64,000 bases of DNA from Clostridiales bacterium (GCA_031276195.1 JAISNN010000053.1:38896-102895), one strand, 5' to 3'; positions 38,638 to 48,720 are shown, counted from the first letter of the stretch. The notes: generated by a model from the letters alone, not told the origin. Program-made: numbers and translations.

Positions 38638-39501
38638 CTAATACCCTTCTTTTTTCAATCTTTCCATTTCTTCCTTTTCCAATTGTTCCAACTCTTTCAA
38701 CTCTTTCTCCCATTCGTCTTTAAGCTGTTTTGGCGACTTACCTAAAAAAGGATCGGGTATAGATTTACCGTTTTGATAATACCGGATAACTCCCGTATAT
38801 TCGCCTTTCCAATTCTTTTCGCTTGTATACGTTATTCCGTGCTTTTCCATCCAAGCCGCGTGGTTATTTCGCCATAAATATTCGTCTTTTTCCTCCTCTT
38901 GTTTGGACAGTATTTCATCCGCTTTTTGTTCCTCGACCAAGAGGTTGATCCCGTCTCTTAACGAACCGACTCTGTTTTTCTCAAAATAGCCGATCAAACG
39001 TCTCAGGCTTTCCGCGTCCGCATACTCGCGCGGCATCCCGCAGATTGAGATCAACTTGTCAAATCTTTCCTCCGATTCCTTTATCCTATCTGACAACTTA
39101 TCTCTTTGGACGGTCCATTCGGAAATCTTGTTTTTTTCAATCTCGTACTTTTCTAACTTAGAGCGTTCCTCCGCGTTCTCTTTTTCCGCTTCTTTTTTGG
39201 CGCGCGCAACGCTTATAACCAACCCTAAAATGCCTACGAGAATCGCTCCGATACCGAACGGTACAGACCCGTTTTTCAACGAAAGTATGCCCGCAACTAT
39301 GCCGACCGCGCCGACCGCCAACAAAAATTTAGCAAAGCCCCCTTCCCAGATGTAAAATATTACTCCCAATTTGACAACATGCGGTTTTGCTTGCGTCTTG
39401 CTGATTTTATCGTCGAGCGTTTTCTTTTCTTTGATCAACCCGTCAAGTTCCGCGCGACATCTCGCCTGCTCTCTCAGTTCCAACAACGTGCCGTTTTCCA
39501 T
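38638..39501 (-). CDS. Hypothetical membrane protein, paralog of 37379..38281 with a different C-terminal extension
   Basis: Shares MENGTLLELREQ... and ...ERFDKLISICGMPREYADxESL..LIGYFE.NRV.SL.DGINLL. Has 2-3 TM segments and a charged coiled-coil tail. Confidence 0.65.
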   Translation of the reverse strand: MENGTLLELREQARCRAELDGLIKEKKTLDDKISKTQAKPHVVKLGVIFYIWEGGFAKFLLAVGAVGIVAGILSLKNGSVPFGIGAILVGILGLVISVARAKKEAEKENAEERSKLEKYEIEKNKISEWTVQRDKLSDRIKESEERFDKLISICGMPREYADAESLRRLIGYFEKNRVGSLRDGINLLVEEQKADEILSKQEEEKDEYLWRNNHAAWMEKHGITYTSEKNWKGEYTGVIRYYQNGKSIPDPFLGKSPKQLKDEWEKELKELEQLEKEEMERLKKEGY

Positions 39502-39715
39502 ATTCGTTTTTGCGTGAATAGCCTAAGTTATCCACATCCTCCCGTTAGTTTATTGTCTACGAATATTGTACGTCGTCGTCGTCGTCGTCTATGTCAAGCG
39601 TTTTTACGCCGATTTTTTAACTTTTTTTACTTTTTTTTCGGATTTTTCAATTTTCTTTCCGTTTTTTGCAACGACTTTTTCCACATACCCCCTACCCCTA
39701 TAAATTTTCCATCAA

Positions 39716-39924
39716 AAATTCCCCTCCGTGGGAGGGGATAAAAGGGGTGGGGCGGTCTCTCTTTACCCTTATATTCCCCTCCGTGGGAGGGGTCAAGGGG
39801 TGGGGCGAACTTCCCTTATTATCCTTACATTCCCCTCCGTGGGAGGGGATCTAAGGGGTGGGGCGAAACTTCCCTTATTATCCTTACATTCCCCTCCGTG
39901 GGAGGGGATCAAGGGGTGGGGCGG
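39716..39924 (+). repeat. Hairpin plus G-tract repeat family, 4 copies
   Basis: CCCCTCCGTGGGAGGGG(A)T(C/A)(A)AAGGGGTGGGGCG cores with a ~58-bp period. Confidence 0.95.
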
Positions 39925-40019
39925 ACTCTCTTATTTTCCGCAAAATCCCTCCGTTCGGGATAATAAAAAAAGCGTATTTAAACGCCGCAAAGTTACTAAA
40001 AGTTTTTGAAAGAGGGCGC

Positions 40020-40052
40020 GGGAGAAAACTTTTTACGAAAAAGTTTTCTCTC
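40020..40052 (-). terminator. Long perfect hairpin downstream of the comEC stop (member of a shared terminator module)
   Basis: GAGAAAACTTTTT-acg-AAAAAGTTTTCTC. The same module with the same left flank ACTAAAAGTTTTTGAAAGAGGG recurs at 50845-50908. Confidence 0.5.
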
Positions 40053-40143
40053 GCATTAAAAGCACCCCCATATCAAAAACACACTGACATTACCCCCCTA
40101 TTAAAGACATTCCGCTTCGCATTAAAATCCCCCTCTCTCTCTC

Positions 40144-42261
40144 TTACTCTTTCTTTTTAAAGAACTTTTTTATACGTTTGCGCAGGTACAATTTCGGACC
40201 GATATAGACGTTCGAGAGGTAGACGAGCAGAGCGTAATACAAGACGGCGAACCAAAACGCGGATCCTTCTCCGAAAATCGACGTCCAAACGTTCAAAAAC
40301 CCGTCCGTTATAAAGAACGGCGACCGCGAAAAGAAGTACACCGCGCCGTTTATCCAATCGATTACCGTCCGCGCCGGCAAAAAGAAAAGGTTTAGCGGAG
40401 GTATAAACATTGCGGCGATCCCGACGGTCAAGAGGTACGGAAAGAGGATTGAGACGGCTGGGACGACGAATAGGTTCGAGACGAACGAAACGAGCGGAAT
40501 TCCGCCGAAATAGATACAGAGAATGGGAAAAACGCCGATATTCGCCGCGAAGGTCATCGCGAGTGATTCTTTGACTGCGCCGGCGAGTTTTTTCGCCGCC
40601 TTTACGGAGCGCGGGAGGTTTTCTTTTTCGTTTTCGGATTTTTTGGAATTAAATGATTTCAAGTGTTTTTCGACGTCTATTTTTCGCGAATTTAGGGCGG
40701 CGTTTACGTCTTTCAAATATTGTACGGTATTTTCGTATTGCGAATTCAAGGCGGCGTTTACCTCTTTCAGATACCGTTCGGAATTTTTATTTTTCAAATC
40801 CTTTTCCGTTTTTCCGTCATTCAAATCCGCTTCCGCGCTTTCGTATCGCGGATTCGTTTCCGTATTTCCCTCTTTCACCCTCGATTCTATATTTCTATCA
40901 TTCAAATTCGTTTTTACATTTCTATCTTTCAGCCTTGATTCTGCGTTTCCGTCTTTCAAACCCGATTCGGTATTTGTGTTTATCGGATATCTTTCGTTTG
41001 CGTTTCTCAACGTCAATTCGGAATCTCTATCATTTAAATTCGTTTCTATATTTCCCTCTTTCGCTCCCGTTTCCGCTTTTCCTCTCTTTAAATACCTTTC
41101 GGCGTTCTTGTCCGCCGTCTTGCCGTCCCTCTCCTCTCCCGTCGGATATCCGCGTAAAATCCTCGGCATAATTTTATTTTCGATCGCGGTAAAGGTATGC
41201 GAAAAGGTTTTTGAAAACAAAATCAGCCCCAAAAGCCCCGAAAAACTCAAAAGAAATCCCAAATCCATTATATAAAAAGGATTTGAAAGCAAAATCACGA
41301 CCGCCGCAAAACAGAGTGAATTCAGCCCGTCGTTTTTTCTGCCCGCTCTGCCGGCGTACATATAGACGGTGATCATAATAATCGACCGCGTAACGGACGG
41401 CGAAAAGCCGCAAGCGTACGCGAACGCCAAAAACGCGGCGAACGCGATGAGGTCCTTTATTTTCCGCGCCTTAGTTTTGAACATTTTCAGATTGAACACC
41501 GCCGAAAGAGCGGCGAACAAAAAGGTAAAATGCAAACCCGAAACCGCGTAGGCGTGCGCAAGCCCCGTATTGCGGTACGCCGCGATAAGTTCGCCCGACA
41601 TCTCCGTATCGTCCCCGAAAATCAATGCGTAGGCATAACCCGCCTGCTCCCTTGAAAGATATTCGGACAGCCCCTCGAAAATCTTTTGACGGAACGCGGG
41701 CGCGCCGCCCGATTTCGGTTCTCCTACGACGGCGATATAGTACGCGTCGACGGAATAATAAATCCCGTGGTTATACATCGAAACCCCGATCGACACGGTG
41801 GGATCCAATTTATTTTTTGAAACGCCGCCGGCGAAATGAACGGTATTTCCCTGTTTCAACTCCGCGCCGGTGATTACGACGTCCGCGTACATCTTGACGG
41901 AAGCGCGTCCGGGATATTTTTCGCCGCCGATCAAAACGTCTTTTATGACGAATTTGCAAGCGCCGTCTCCCTCGTCGAAAATCAAACCGTCTATCTGCCC
42001 GTAAACTTCGGCGTAAATCCTGCCTTCCGGCGCTTTTTTGGCATACGCGTTCTTAGCGATCGGAACGTACAGCGCGCCGATTATGAAAAAGACGACGAAA
42101 CCCCTTCTTTTCTTGAACAAAAACAACGCGGCAAGGGCAAAAAACGCCGAATACGCAAAATCAAGAAAAACGGCGGTGAAAATACCCCCTATGAGCATCA
42201 ACGCCGCCGCCGCGTAAAACCTGTAATTAAACGACTTCGCACCCTTTTTCATTACAGACAT
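40144..42261 (-). CDS. comEC: ComEC/Rec2-family membrane channel protein (no metallo-beta-lactamase domain; large in-frame repeat insertion)
   Basis: LIFGDDTEMSGELIAAYRNTGLAHAYAVSGLHF is the hallmark competence-domain motif. Polytopic. Confidence 0.75.
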   Translation of the reverse strand: MSVMKKGAKSFNYRFYAAAALMLIGGIFTAVFLDFAYSAFFALAALFLFKKRRGFVVFFIIGALYVPIAKNAYAKKAPEGRIYAEVYGQIDGLIFDEGDGACKFVIKDVLIGGEKYPGRASVKMYADVVITGAELKQGNTVHFAGGVSKNKLDPTVSIGVSMYNHGIYYSVDAYYIAVVGEPKSGGAPAFRQKIFEGLSEYLSREQAGYAYALIFGDDTEMSGELIAAYRNTGLAHAYAVSGLHFTFLFAALSAVFNLKMFKTKARKIKDLIAFAAFLAFAYACGFSPSVTRSIIMITVYMYAGRAGRKNDGLNSLCFAAVVILLSNPFYIMDLGFLLSFSGLLGLILFSKTFSHTFTAIENKIMPRILRGYPTGEERDGKTADKNAERYLKRGKAETGAKEGNIETNLNDRDSELTLRNANERYPINTNTESGLKDGNAESRLKDRNVKTNLNDRNIESRVKEGNTETNPRYESAEADLNDGKTEKDLKNKNSERYLKEVNAALNSQYENTVQYLKDVNAALNSRKIDVEKHLKSFNSKKSENEKENLPRSVKAAKKLAGAVKESLAMTFAANIGVFPILCIYFGGIPLVSFVSNLFVVPAVSILFPYLLTVGIAAMFIPPLNLFFLPARTVIDWINGAVYFFSRSPFFITDGFLNVWTSIFGEGSAFWFAVLYYALLVYLSNVYIGPKLYLRKRIKKFFKKKE

Positions 42262-42344
42262 TATAACAAACTCTTAGCGTTTCTCAAACCGTTTTACACG
42301 CCCTTTCTTAAAATCCGCCCTTAGTTTGCAATTTTTTCCCCGTT

Positions 42345-42665
42345 ATTTTAGGATTTCCGTATTAATCCGCCTTTTTTCTCGCCGTCGTTTTAGAATTCCG
42401 TATTAATCCGTCTTTTTTCTCCGTCGTTTTAGAATTCCGTATTAATCCGTCTTTTTTCTCCGTCGTTTTAAAATTTCGCTTTAATCCGCCTTTTTTTCTC
42501 CGTCGTTTTCAAATTTCGCTTTAATACGCTTTTTTTCTCCGTCGTTTTAGAATTCCGTATTAATCCGTTTTTTTCTCCGTCGTTTTAAAATTCCGTATTA
42601 ATCCGTCTTTTTTCTCCGTCGTTTTAAAATTTCGCTTAAATCCGTTTTTTTCTCCGCTATTCTGA
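42345..42665. repeat. ~40-bp tandem repeat, about 8 copies, in the clpC-comEC spacer
   Basis: Unit TCCGTATTAATCCGTCTTTTTTCTCCGTCGTTTTAGAAT with variants. Confidence 0.9.
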
Positions 42666-42669
42666 AATT

Positions 42670-45231
42670 TTAAACCTTCTTCGCTGTTTTTACCGCTTTG
42701 CGTTTGAATTGCAATCCGCCGTCCTCGTAGTCGATCGTTATATTGTCGCCGAATTTGCATTTCCCCGTTATTATATCCTCCGAAAGTCTGTCCTCGATCA
42801 TTTTTTGAATAGTTCTGCGGAGGTTTCTCGCGCCGTATTCCGCGTCGTAGCCTTTATCGACGAGGTATTCCACCGCCCGATCTGTTATGGTGATCGAGAT
42901 ATTCCGGTCTTTTAAGCGTTTGGATATATTCGCGACCATGATCCCCGCGATCTTTTTTATGTCGTCTTTGGAGAGTTTTCTGAATATGATTATATCGTCT
43001 ATACGGTTCAAAAATTCGGGTTTAAAGGTGGTTTTGAGCGCGTCCATCTGTTTTTCTTTCATCGCCTCATATTCGTCGCGTTCGCCGCCTTTACTGAATC
43101 CCAGCGCGTTTTTTATATCCGCCGCGCCGGCGTTCGACGTCATTATGATGATTGTATTTTTAAAACTGACGGCGCGTCCGTGCGAATCGGTGAGTATTCC
43201 GTCCTCCAAGATTTGGAGCAGGATATTGAACACGTCGGGGTGCGCCTTTTCGATTTCGTCGAACAGCACCACCGAATAGGGTTTTCTCCTGATTTTTTCG
43301 GTGAGTTGTCCGCCCTCGCCGAAGCCGACGTAGCCCGGCGCGGAACCGATGATTTTGCTGACGTTAAATTTTTCCATATATTCCGACATATCGACTCTGA
43401 CGAGTAGGTTTTCGTCGCCGAACATCGCCTCCGCGACCGCCTTTGAGAGTTCGGTTTTGCCCACGCCGGTGGGACCCAAGAATATGAAAGAGCCTATCGG
43501 GCGTTTGGGATCTTTGATGCCGGCGCGCGCTCTTCTTATGGCGCGCGAGAGTGATTGCACCGCCTCGTCCTGCCCTATAATTCTCTTTTTTATGACGGAT
43601 TCCAAGTTCATCAATTTTTCCGCTTCGTCTTCGACCAATTTTTTCACGGGGATAGACGTCCACGTCGAGACGATATCGGCGATTTCGTTTTCGCCGATCG
43701 CAAGTTTCGTATTCGCCATTTCCTCCCTCCAAATTTCGTTTTTCAAGCGTATTTCGACGGCGAGTTTACGTCTTTCCTCTTTGATTTCGCTTGCCTTATC
43801 AAACTCTTGTTTTTTGATCGCGGAACTCAAAGAGGCGTTTATGCCGTCCAATTTGTCCTCCAACTTTCTCAATTCGTCGGGTTTGGAATAACTTTTCAAG
43901 CGTATTCTGCTTGCCGCCTCGTCGATTAGATCGATCGACTTATCGGGCTGGAATCTGTCGGGTATATACCTGTCGGACAGCACGGCGGCGGCGTCTATCG
44001 CCTCGTCGGTGATCGTAACCTTGTGGTGCGCCTCATACTTATCCCTCAACCCTTTCAAGATGATTTTCGTATCCTCGACGTTCGGCGGATCGACCATAAC
44101 GGGTTGGAATCTGCGTTCCAAGGCGGCGTCTTTTTCGATATATTTTCTATATTCCGTGATCGTCGTCGCTCCGATCGTCTGCAATTCGCCGCGCGACAGC
44201 ATAGGTTTCAATATATTTGCCGCGTCGACCGCCCCATCCGACGAACCCGCGCCGACGATCATATGAATTTCGTCGATAAAGACGATCATATTTCCGTTTT
44301 TCATAAGCGCGCCGACCGCTTTTTTCAAACGCTCCTCAAACTCGCCGCGGTATTTCGTTCCCGCGACGACGCTGCCGATATCCAGCGAAAATATATGCTT
44401 ATTTTTCAAAGTTTCGGGAATATTCCCCGATACGATCATCTGCGCCAAGCCCTCCGCGATCGCGGATTTTCCCACGCCGGGTTCGCCGATAAGGACGGGA
44501 TTATTTTTCGTTCTGCGCGACAAGATTTGAATGACTCTTTCGATTTCTTTTGTACGTCCGATGACGGGATCGAGTTTTCCGTCGCGGGCTTTGTCCGTCA
44601 GATCCACGCCGAGCGAGGCGTAATCGGGATTTGCCCAGTCTTTTCTTTCAAATTTTTTTGCGCCGTTTTTTGTTTCGTTCATTCCCGTTTTTTTTTCATC
44701 TTCCGCATAAAACCGCGCTAACAGAAACGCGCCGGGATCTTGTTTCGCGTGAATTTCGCGAATCCGTAATTGAAAGCCCAATCCGTGAACCTCGTCCAAG
44801 ATATCGTCGTCCTCCGCGTTGTCCAAGAGGTAATTAAATGTGGAATAAGACAGAGCCGCCGCGTCTATGCCGGCATTTCTGATGATTCTGTAAGCGACGC
44901 TTTCGGTGTCTTGCAGGAGATTGAACAGCAGATGTTCCGTGCCGATAAACGACGCCTTGCTGGCGAACATCGTAACCGTCTTATCGATAATCCGCTTGAC
45001 GCGCGGCGAATAGACGAACACGCTTTGGGACTCGCCGCCGTTTTTGGGGAAAATGCGTTCTACGATCCCTAAATTCATACCGGCTTTTTTGAGGAGTTCC
45101 GCCGCCGCGCTGTCTTCGACCCTCAGCATTCCGTACAAGATATGTTCCGTCCCGATGACGCCGCCCGTCGCGCGCGCTTTTTCCTCCGCGATACGCATAA
45201 CCCTATTGTAATTCAAAGTAAATTTGTTCAT
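42670..45231 (-). CDS. clpC: ATP-dependent Clp protease ATP-binding subunit ClpC
   Basis: Clp_N repeats, two AAA+ modules (GEPGVGKS; GPTGVGKT), GAR.L.R sensor. Confidence 0.9.
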   Translation of the reverse strand: MNKFTLNYNRVMRIAEEKARATGGVIGTEHILYGMLRVEDSAAAELLKKAGMNLGIVERIFPKNGGESQSVFVYSPRVKRIIDKTVTMFASKASFIGTEHLLFNLLQDTESVAYRIIRNAGIDAAALSYSTFNYLLDNAEDDDILDEVHGLGFQLRIREIHAKQDPGAFLLARFYAEDEKKTGMNETKNGAKKFERKDWANPDYASLGVDLTDKARDGKLDPVIGRTKEIERVIQILSRRTKNNPVLIGEPGVGKSAIAEGLAQMIVSGNIPETLKNKHIFSLDIGSVVAGTKYRGEFEERLKKAVGALMKNGNMIVFIDEIHMIVGAGSSDGAVDAANILKPMLSRGELQTIGATTITEYRKYIEKDAALERRFQPVMVDPPNVEDTKIILKGLRDKYEAHHKVTITDEAIDAAAVLSDRYIPDRFQPDKSIDLIDEAASRIRLKSYSKPDELRKLEDKLDGINASLSSAIKKQEFDKASEIKEERRKLAVEIRLKNEIWREEMANTKLAIGENEIADIVSTWTSIPVKKLVEDEAEKLMNLESVIKKRIIGQDEAVQSLSRAIRRARAGIKDPKRPIGSFIFLGPTGVGKTELSKAVAEAMFGDENLLVRVDMSEYMEKFNVSKIIGSAPGYVGFGEGGQLTEKIRRKPYSVVLFDEIEKAHPDVFNILLQILEDGILTDSHGRAVSFKNTIIIMTSNAGAADIKNALGFSKGGERDEYEAMKEKQMDALKTTFKPEFLNRIDDIIIFRKLSKDDIKKIAGIMVANISKRLKDRNISITITDRAVEYLVDKGYDAEYGARNLRRTIQKMIEDRLSEDIITGKCKFGDNITIDYEDGGLQFKRKAVKTAKKV

Positions 45232-45470
45232 ATATTTCCTCCCCGAACGGCATAAGCCGCTTGTTTTTGATTTTGAATTTCTGTATTTTATCCTTTCGGT
45301 GTTTTTTCTTTTTTTGATAATTCTAACCCGAACGGCATAAGCCGCTTGTTTTTGATTTTAAATTTCTGTATTTTATCCTTTCGGTGTTTTTTTTTTGATA
45401 ATTCTAAAAATGTATGATAAAATAGTGGTCAGCGGTCGGCGGCGGTTATTTACCGCTTAGCGGTTCTCTA

Positions 45471-45800
45471 TCCTTATATTCCCCTCCGTGGGAGGGGTAG
45501 GGGTGGGCGAATCCTCTCACTTTCCTTATATTCCCCTCCGTGGGAGGGGATCAAAGGGGCGGGGTGAAACTTCCCCCACTTTCCTCATATTCCCCTCCGT
45601 GGGAGGGGATCAAAGGGGTGGGGTGAAACTTCCCCCACTTTCCTCATATTCACCTCCGTGGGAGGGGATCCAAGGGGTGGGGAGAAACTTCCCCCACTTT
45701 CCTCATCTTCCCCTCCGTGGGAGGGGTAGGGGTGGGGCGACACTTCCCCCACTTTCCTCATATTCCCCTCCGTGGGAGGGGATCAAAGGGGTGGGGCGAC
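45471..45800 (+). repeat. Hairpin plus G-tract repeat family, 6 copies
   Basis: CCCCTCCGTGGGAGGGG...GGGG(T/C)GGGG...ACTTCCCCCACTTTCCTCATATT units with a ~58-bp period. Confidence 0.95.
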
Positions 45801-45958
45801 CGTTTTGGATTTATACCGATTTTTATCACTCATTTTGAAAACTGCCTTTTTTAAATTTCCGTATTTCCGTTTATCTTTCTTTCTTGAAATTTGGATATTA
45901 TTTCCCTCAATACTTGCGCCCGCAATCACTCTCCCGTAATTCTCCGCGCTTCCCGTTC

Positions 45959-46435
45959 TCACTTAAATTCTCCGCGTTCTCCGTTCTCGTTTTCTTTCCA
46001 AAGTTTGACTACGACTTCGCTCAAAATATCCCGTCTGATTTCTCCGCCGTTTTTAAGACCGCAAAGAGCCTTCGCGCTCAAAGCCGAGGACAAAATTTCG
46101 CCTTCTTTGACGGACAGAACGCCGTCTATAATCATTCTCTCTATAATATGCGCACACTTATTATAGGATAAAGGCGCGTTTTTTATGCCGTCCAAAATAT
46201 TCTTGAAGTAGTCGCCGCCGCACATTCTGAAAAGACGTATATATCCTCCGCCCCCTCTGCGGCTTTCGATCGCGTAACCCTTTTCCACGGTGAACCTTGT
46301 GTTCAAAACGTAATTAATCTGACTGTACGCGCATTCAAAACGATTTGCAAGATCGTTCCGGTTGATGATAATCTCTCCGCTTCCGCCTATAACTCCGAGA
46401 ATAAATTTTTCAATTAAATCGCTTATATTCGTCAT
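45959..46435 (-). CDS. ctsR: Class III stress-gene repressor CtsR
   Basis: NISDLIEKF...INRNDLANRFECAYSQINYVLNTRFTVEKGYAIESRRGGGGYIRL matches CtsR closely. Confidence 0.9.
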   Translation of the reverse strand: MTNISDLIEKFILGVIGGSGEIIINRNDLANRFECAYSQINYVLNTRFTVEKGYAIESRRGGGGYIRLFRMCGGDYFKNILDGIKNAPLSYNKCAHIIERMIIDGVLSVKEGEILSSALSAKALCGLKNGGEIRRDILSEVVVKLWKENENGERGEFK

Positions 46436-46602
46436 ACGAAAACCCTTCCCGTTACGTTGATAATAATCTCTCCTCTTCCGCCTATAACTCCGAGAATAAA
46501 TTTTTCAATTAAACCGCTTATATCCGTCATACGAACGCCTTTCCCGTCGTTTCGCGTATCCGCCTATATTTTTCAATTCCGCCGGGTGAAGCCGTATTTG
46601 TC

Positions 46603-46619
46603 TTTGACTTTCTTTGACC
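46603..46619 (-). promoter_or_regulatory. CtsR operator
   Basis: The minus strand reads GGTCAAAGAAAGTCAAA, matching the consensus (A/G)GTCAAAnAn(A/G)GTCAAA. It lies directly downstream of the -10. Confidence 0.75.
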
Positions 46620-46630
46620 TTTACGCACCC

Positions 46631-46659
46631 ATTATACACCTCAAAAATATTTCCGTCAA
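46631..46659 (-). promoter_or_regulatory. Sigma-70 promoter of ctsR
   Basis: On the minus strand: TTGACG (46659-46654), 17-nt spacer, TATAAT (46636-46631). Confidence 0.7.
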
Positions 46660-46849
46660 GCGTTTTCATTAAAGTTTTTTATTTTTTTTACTTTCCGTTT
46701 CGCAATTTTTTCTTTAAACCGAAAATTAAACTAACGGGAAATAATATCAAATCATAGGTTTTTCTATTGAAAAATCTAAAATTTTATGATATAATAATAT
46801 AAATTATATCTTAATACAATTTTCAATTTAACGTAAGGAGCGTCTAAAT

Positions 46850-48586
46850 ATGTTTGAACACGCAAAACTGTCGATAAAATACTCCGTAGACGGAACAAAA
46901 AAGGTTTTTTCCGCGGACAACGACGACGTCACCGTCAAAAAGGACTTCAAAAACGGTCTTTTCAATCTATACGTCGAGACCAAAAAGCCTATTTCGATTG
47001 AAAATATCGCCTTAACGGTCAATTATAATTTCACGGGCGGCACGGTTTTTTTCGGCAACGGTCATCAATCCTGGACGGACACCAGAGAATACGTAAAAGC
47101 GGACAAGATGCGCGATTTGGGCGCGGTCGGGAAGGACGGAAGCAAGTTTCAATTTTGGCAGAGGCTTTGCGGAATGAACGGTTCGAGTCTTTTCAAAAAG
47201 AACGAAACGAGTCCTTTGGGACCTATTTTCATCAACGCGGGCGACTACCGCTACGCGCGCTACACCAACCGCCGCGGATATTTTCACAGCATATCGTATA
47301 CGTACGTTAAGGAGAACGGCGAATACACTCTGATCGGCTCTCTGAACGAAAAAAACGGCTACACCGTCATCTACGCCGATATGCCGGAAAACAGAATTTC
47401 CGTCGAAAAGGATTTGGAGGGCGTAGTCATAGACGGCGCGTACCACGTCTTTTCGCTGCTGGTCAAAAAGGGGGGCTACGACGAGATTTTCGACGCGTAT
47501 TTCGGAAAAATGGGCGCGGAACCGCGTGCGAAAAAGATTTTAAAGGGCTACACCTCTTGGTATAACTACTATCAAGACATAAGCGAGGAAATCATTCTCC
47601 GCGATCTCGACGCTCTGACCGCAAAATCGAATAAATTCAATACATTCCAGATCGACGACGGCTATCAAACCGCGGTCGGCGACTGGCTGTCCGTCGACGG
47701 AAAAAAATTCCCTAACGGTATGAAAACTATCGCGGACGCGATTCACAAAAAAGGCTTAAAAGCGGGGCTTTGGCTGGCTCCTTTGGGGGCGCAGTTGGGT
47801 TCTAAGGTCTTGGCTGAACATCCCGAATGGTTCATAAAGAACGAAAAAGGCGAAAATCTCGTTATGGGTCCGAATTGGGGCGGTTTTTGCGGTCTTAATT
47901 TTTATCTGCCCGAGGTTCGCGAGCATATAAAACACTTTTTCGACGTCGTTTTGAACGAATGGGGCTACGACCTTGTGAAACTCGATTTTCTCTACGCCGC
48001 GAGCGTCATACCTCTTTGCGGCAAGTCCCGCGCCGAAAATATGTACGACGCGATTAACTTTATCCGCGAATGCGTGGGCGAAAAAGAGATTTTAGGATGC
48101 GGCGTACCGATCATCCCTTGCGTAAATAAGGTCGAATATATGAGAATCGGCGCGGATATGGGGCTTTCTTGGAGTCAATTCATATTCGGAATGACGACAC
48201 ACAGAGAGGACGTCAACACACGCGGCGCGATCCATAACGGGCTGAACCGCCGCCACTTAAACGGCAGAGTTTTTTTGAACGACCCCGACGTCTTTTTGCT
48301 GCGCGGCTATAATATCGGGCTGAAATTTTCCCAACGCAAACTGATCGCGACGCTGATAAAACTTACGGGCGGAGTGCTTTTCACTTCCGACGACGTAAAC
48401 CGGTACGGCGAAGAGCAGAATAAAACGCTCGAATATATGCTTTCCGACGCAAAAATAAAAATCCGCTCCGTCGATTTCAAAAACAATTCTTATACCGTCC
48501 GCTATACGGAAAACGGAGAAGACAAAACCCTGAAATTCAGCCTCTTTAACGGCGCGGTCAAAAGGACGCCCGAAAAAGCGAAATAA
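46850..48586 (+). CDS. Alpha-galactosidase-like glycoside hydrolase (clan GH-D, GH36-like)
   Basis: FQIDDGYQ..GDW, KAGLWLAP and KLDFLY catalytic-region motifs. Confidence 0.75.
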   Translation: MFEHAKLSIKYSVDGTKKVFSADNDDVTVKKDFKNGLFNLYVETKKPISIENIALTVNYNFTGGTVFFGNGHQSWTDTREYVKADKMRDLGAVGKDGSKFQFWQRLCGMNGSSLFKKNETSPLGPIFINAGDYRYARYTNRRGYFHSISYTYVKENGEYTLIGSLNEKNGYTVIYADMPENRISVEKDLEGVVIDGAYHVFSLLVKKGGYDEIFDAYFGKMGAEPRAKKILKGYTSWYNYYQDISEEIILRDLDALTAKSNKFNTFQIDDGYQTAVGDWLSVDGKKFPNGMKTIADAIHKKGLKAGLWLAPLGAQLGSKVLAEHPEWFIKNEKGENLVMGPNWGGFCGLNFYLPEVREHIKHFFDVVLNEWGYDLVKLDFLYAASVIPLCGKSRAENMYDAINFIRECVGEKEILGCGVPIIPCVNKVEYMRIGADMGLSWSQFIFGMTTHREDVNTRGAIHNGLNRRHLNGRVFLNDPDVFLLRGYNIGLKFSQRKLIATLIKLTGGVLFTSDDVNRYGEEQNKTLEYMLSDAKIKIRSVDFKNNSYTVRYTENGEDKTLKFSLFNGAVKRTPEKAK

Positions 48587-48720
48587 AAAAATCATCGGCC
48601 GCCGCTATATCTTCAAAAAACGCTTTGAAAAGTGGAAAAATCTCTCGCTGATCCGATATTTTCATCCGGGTACGCGGGTTCTAAAAAACATATTCAAAAT
48701 ACTAAAAGGAGCGCGAAGCG

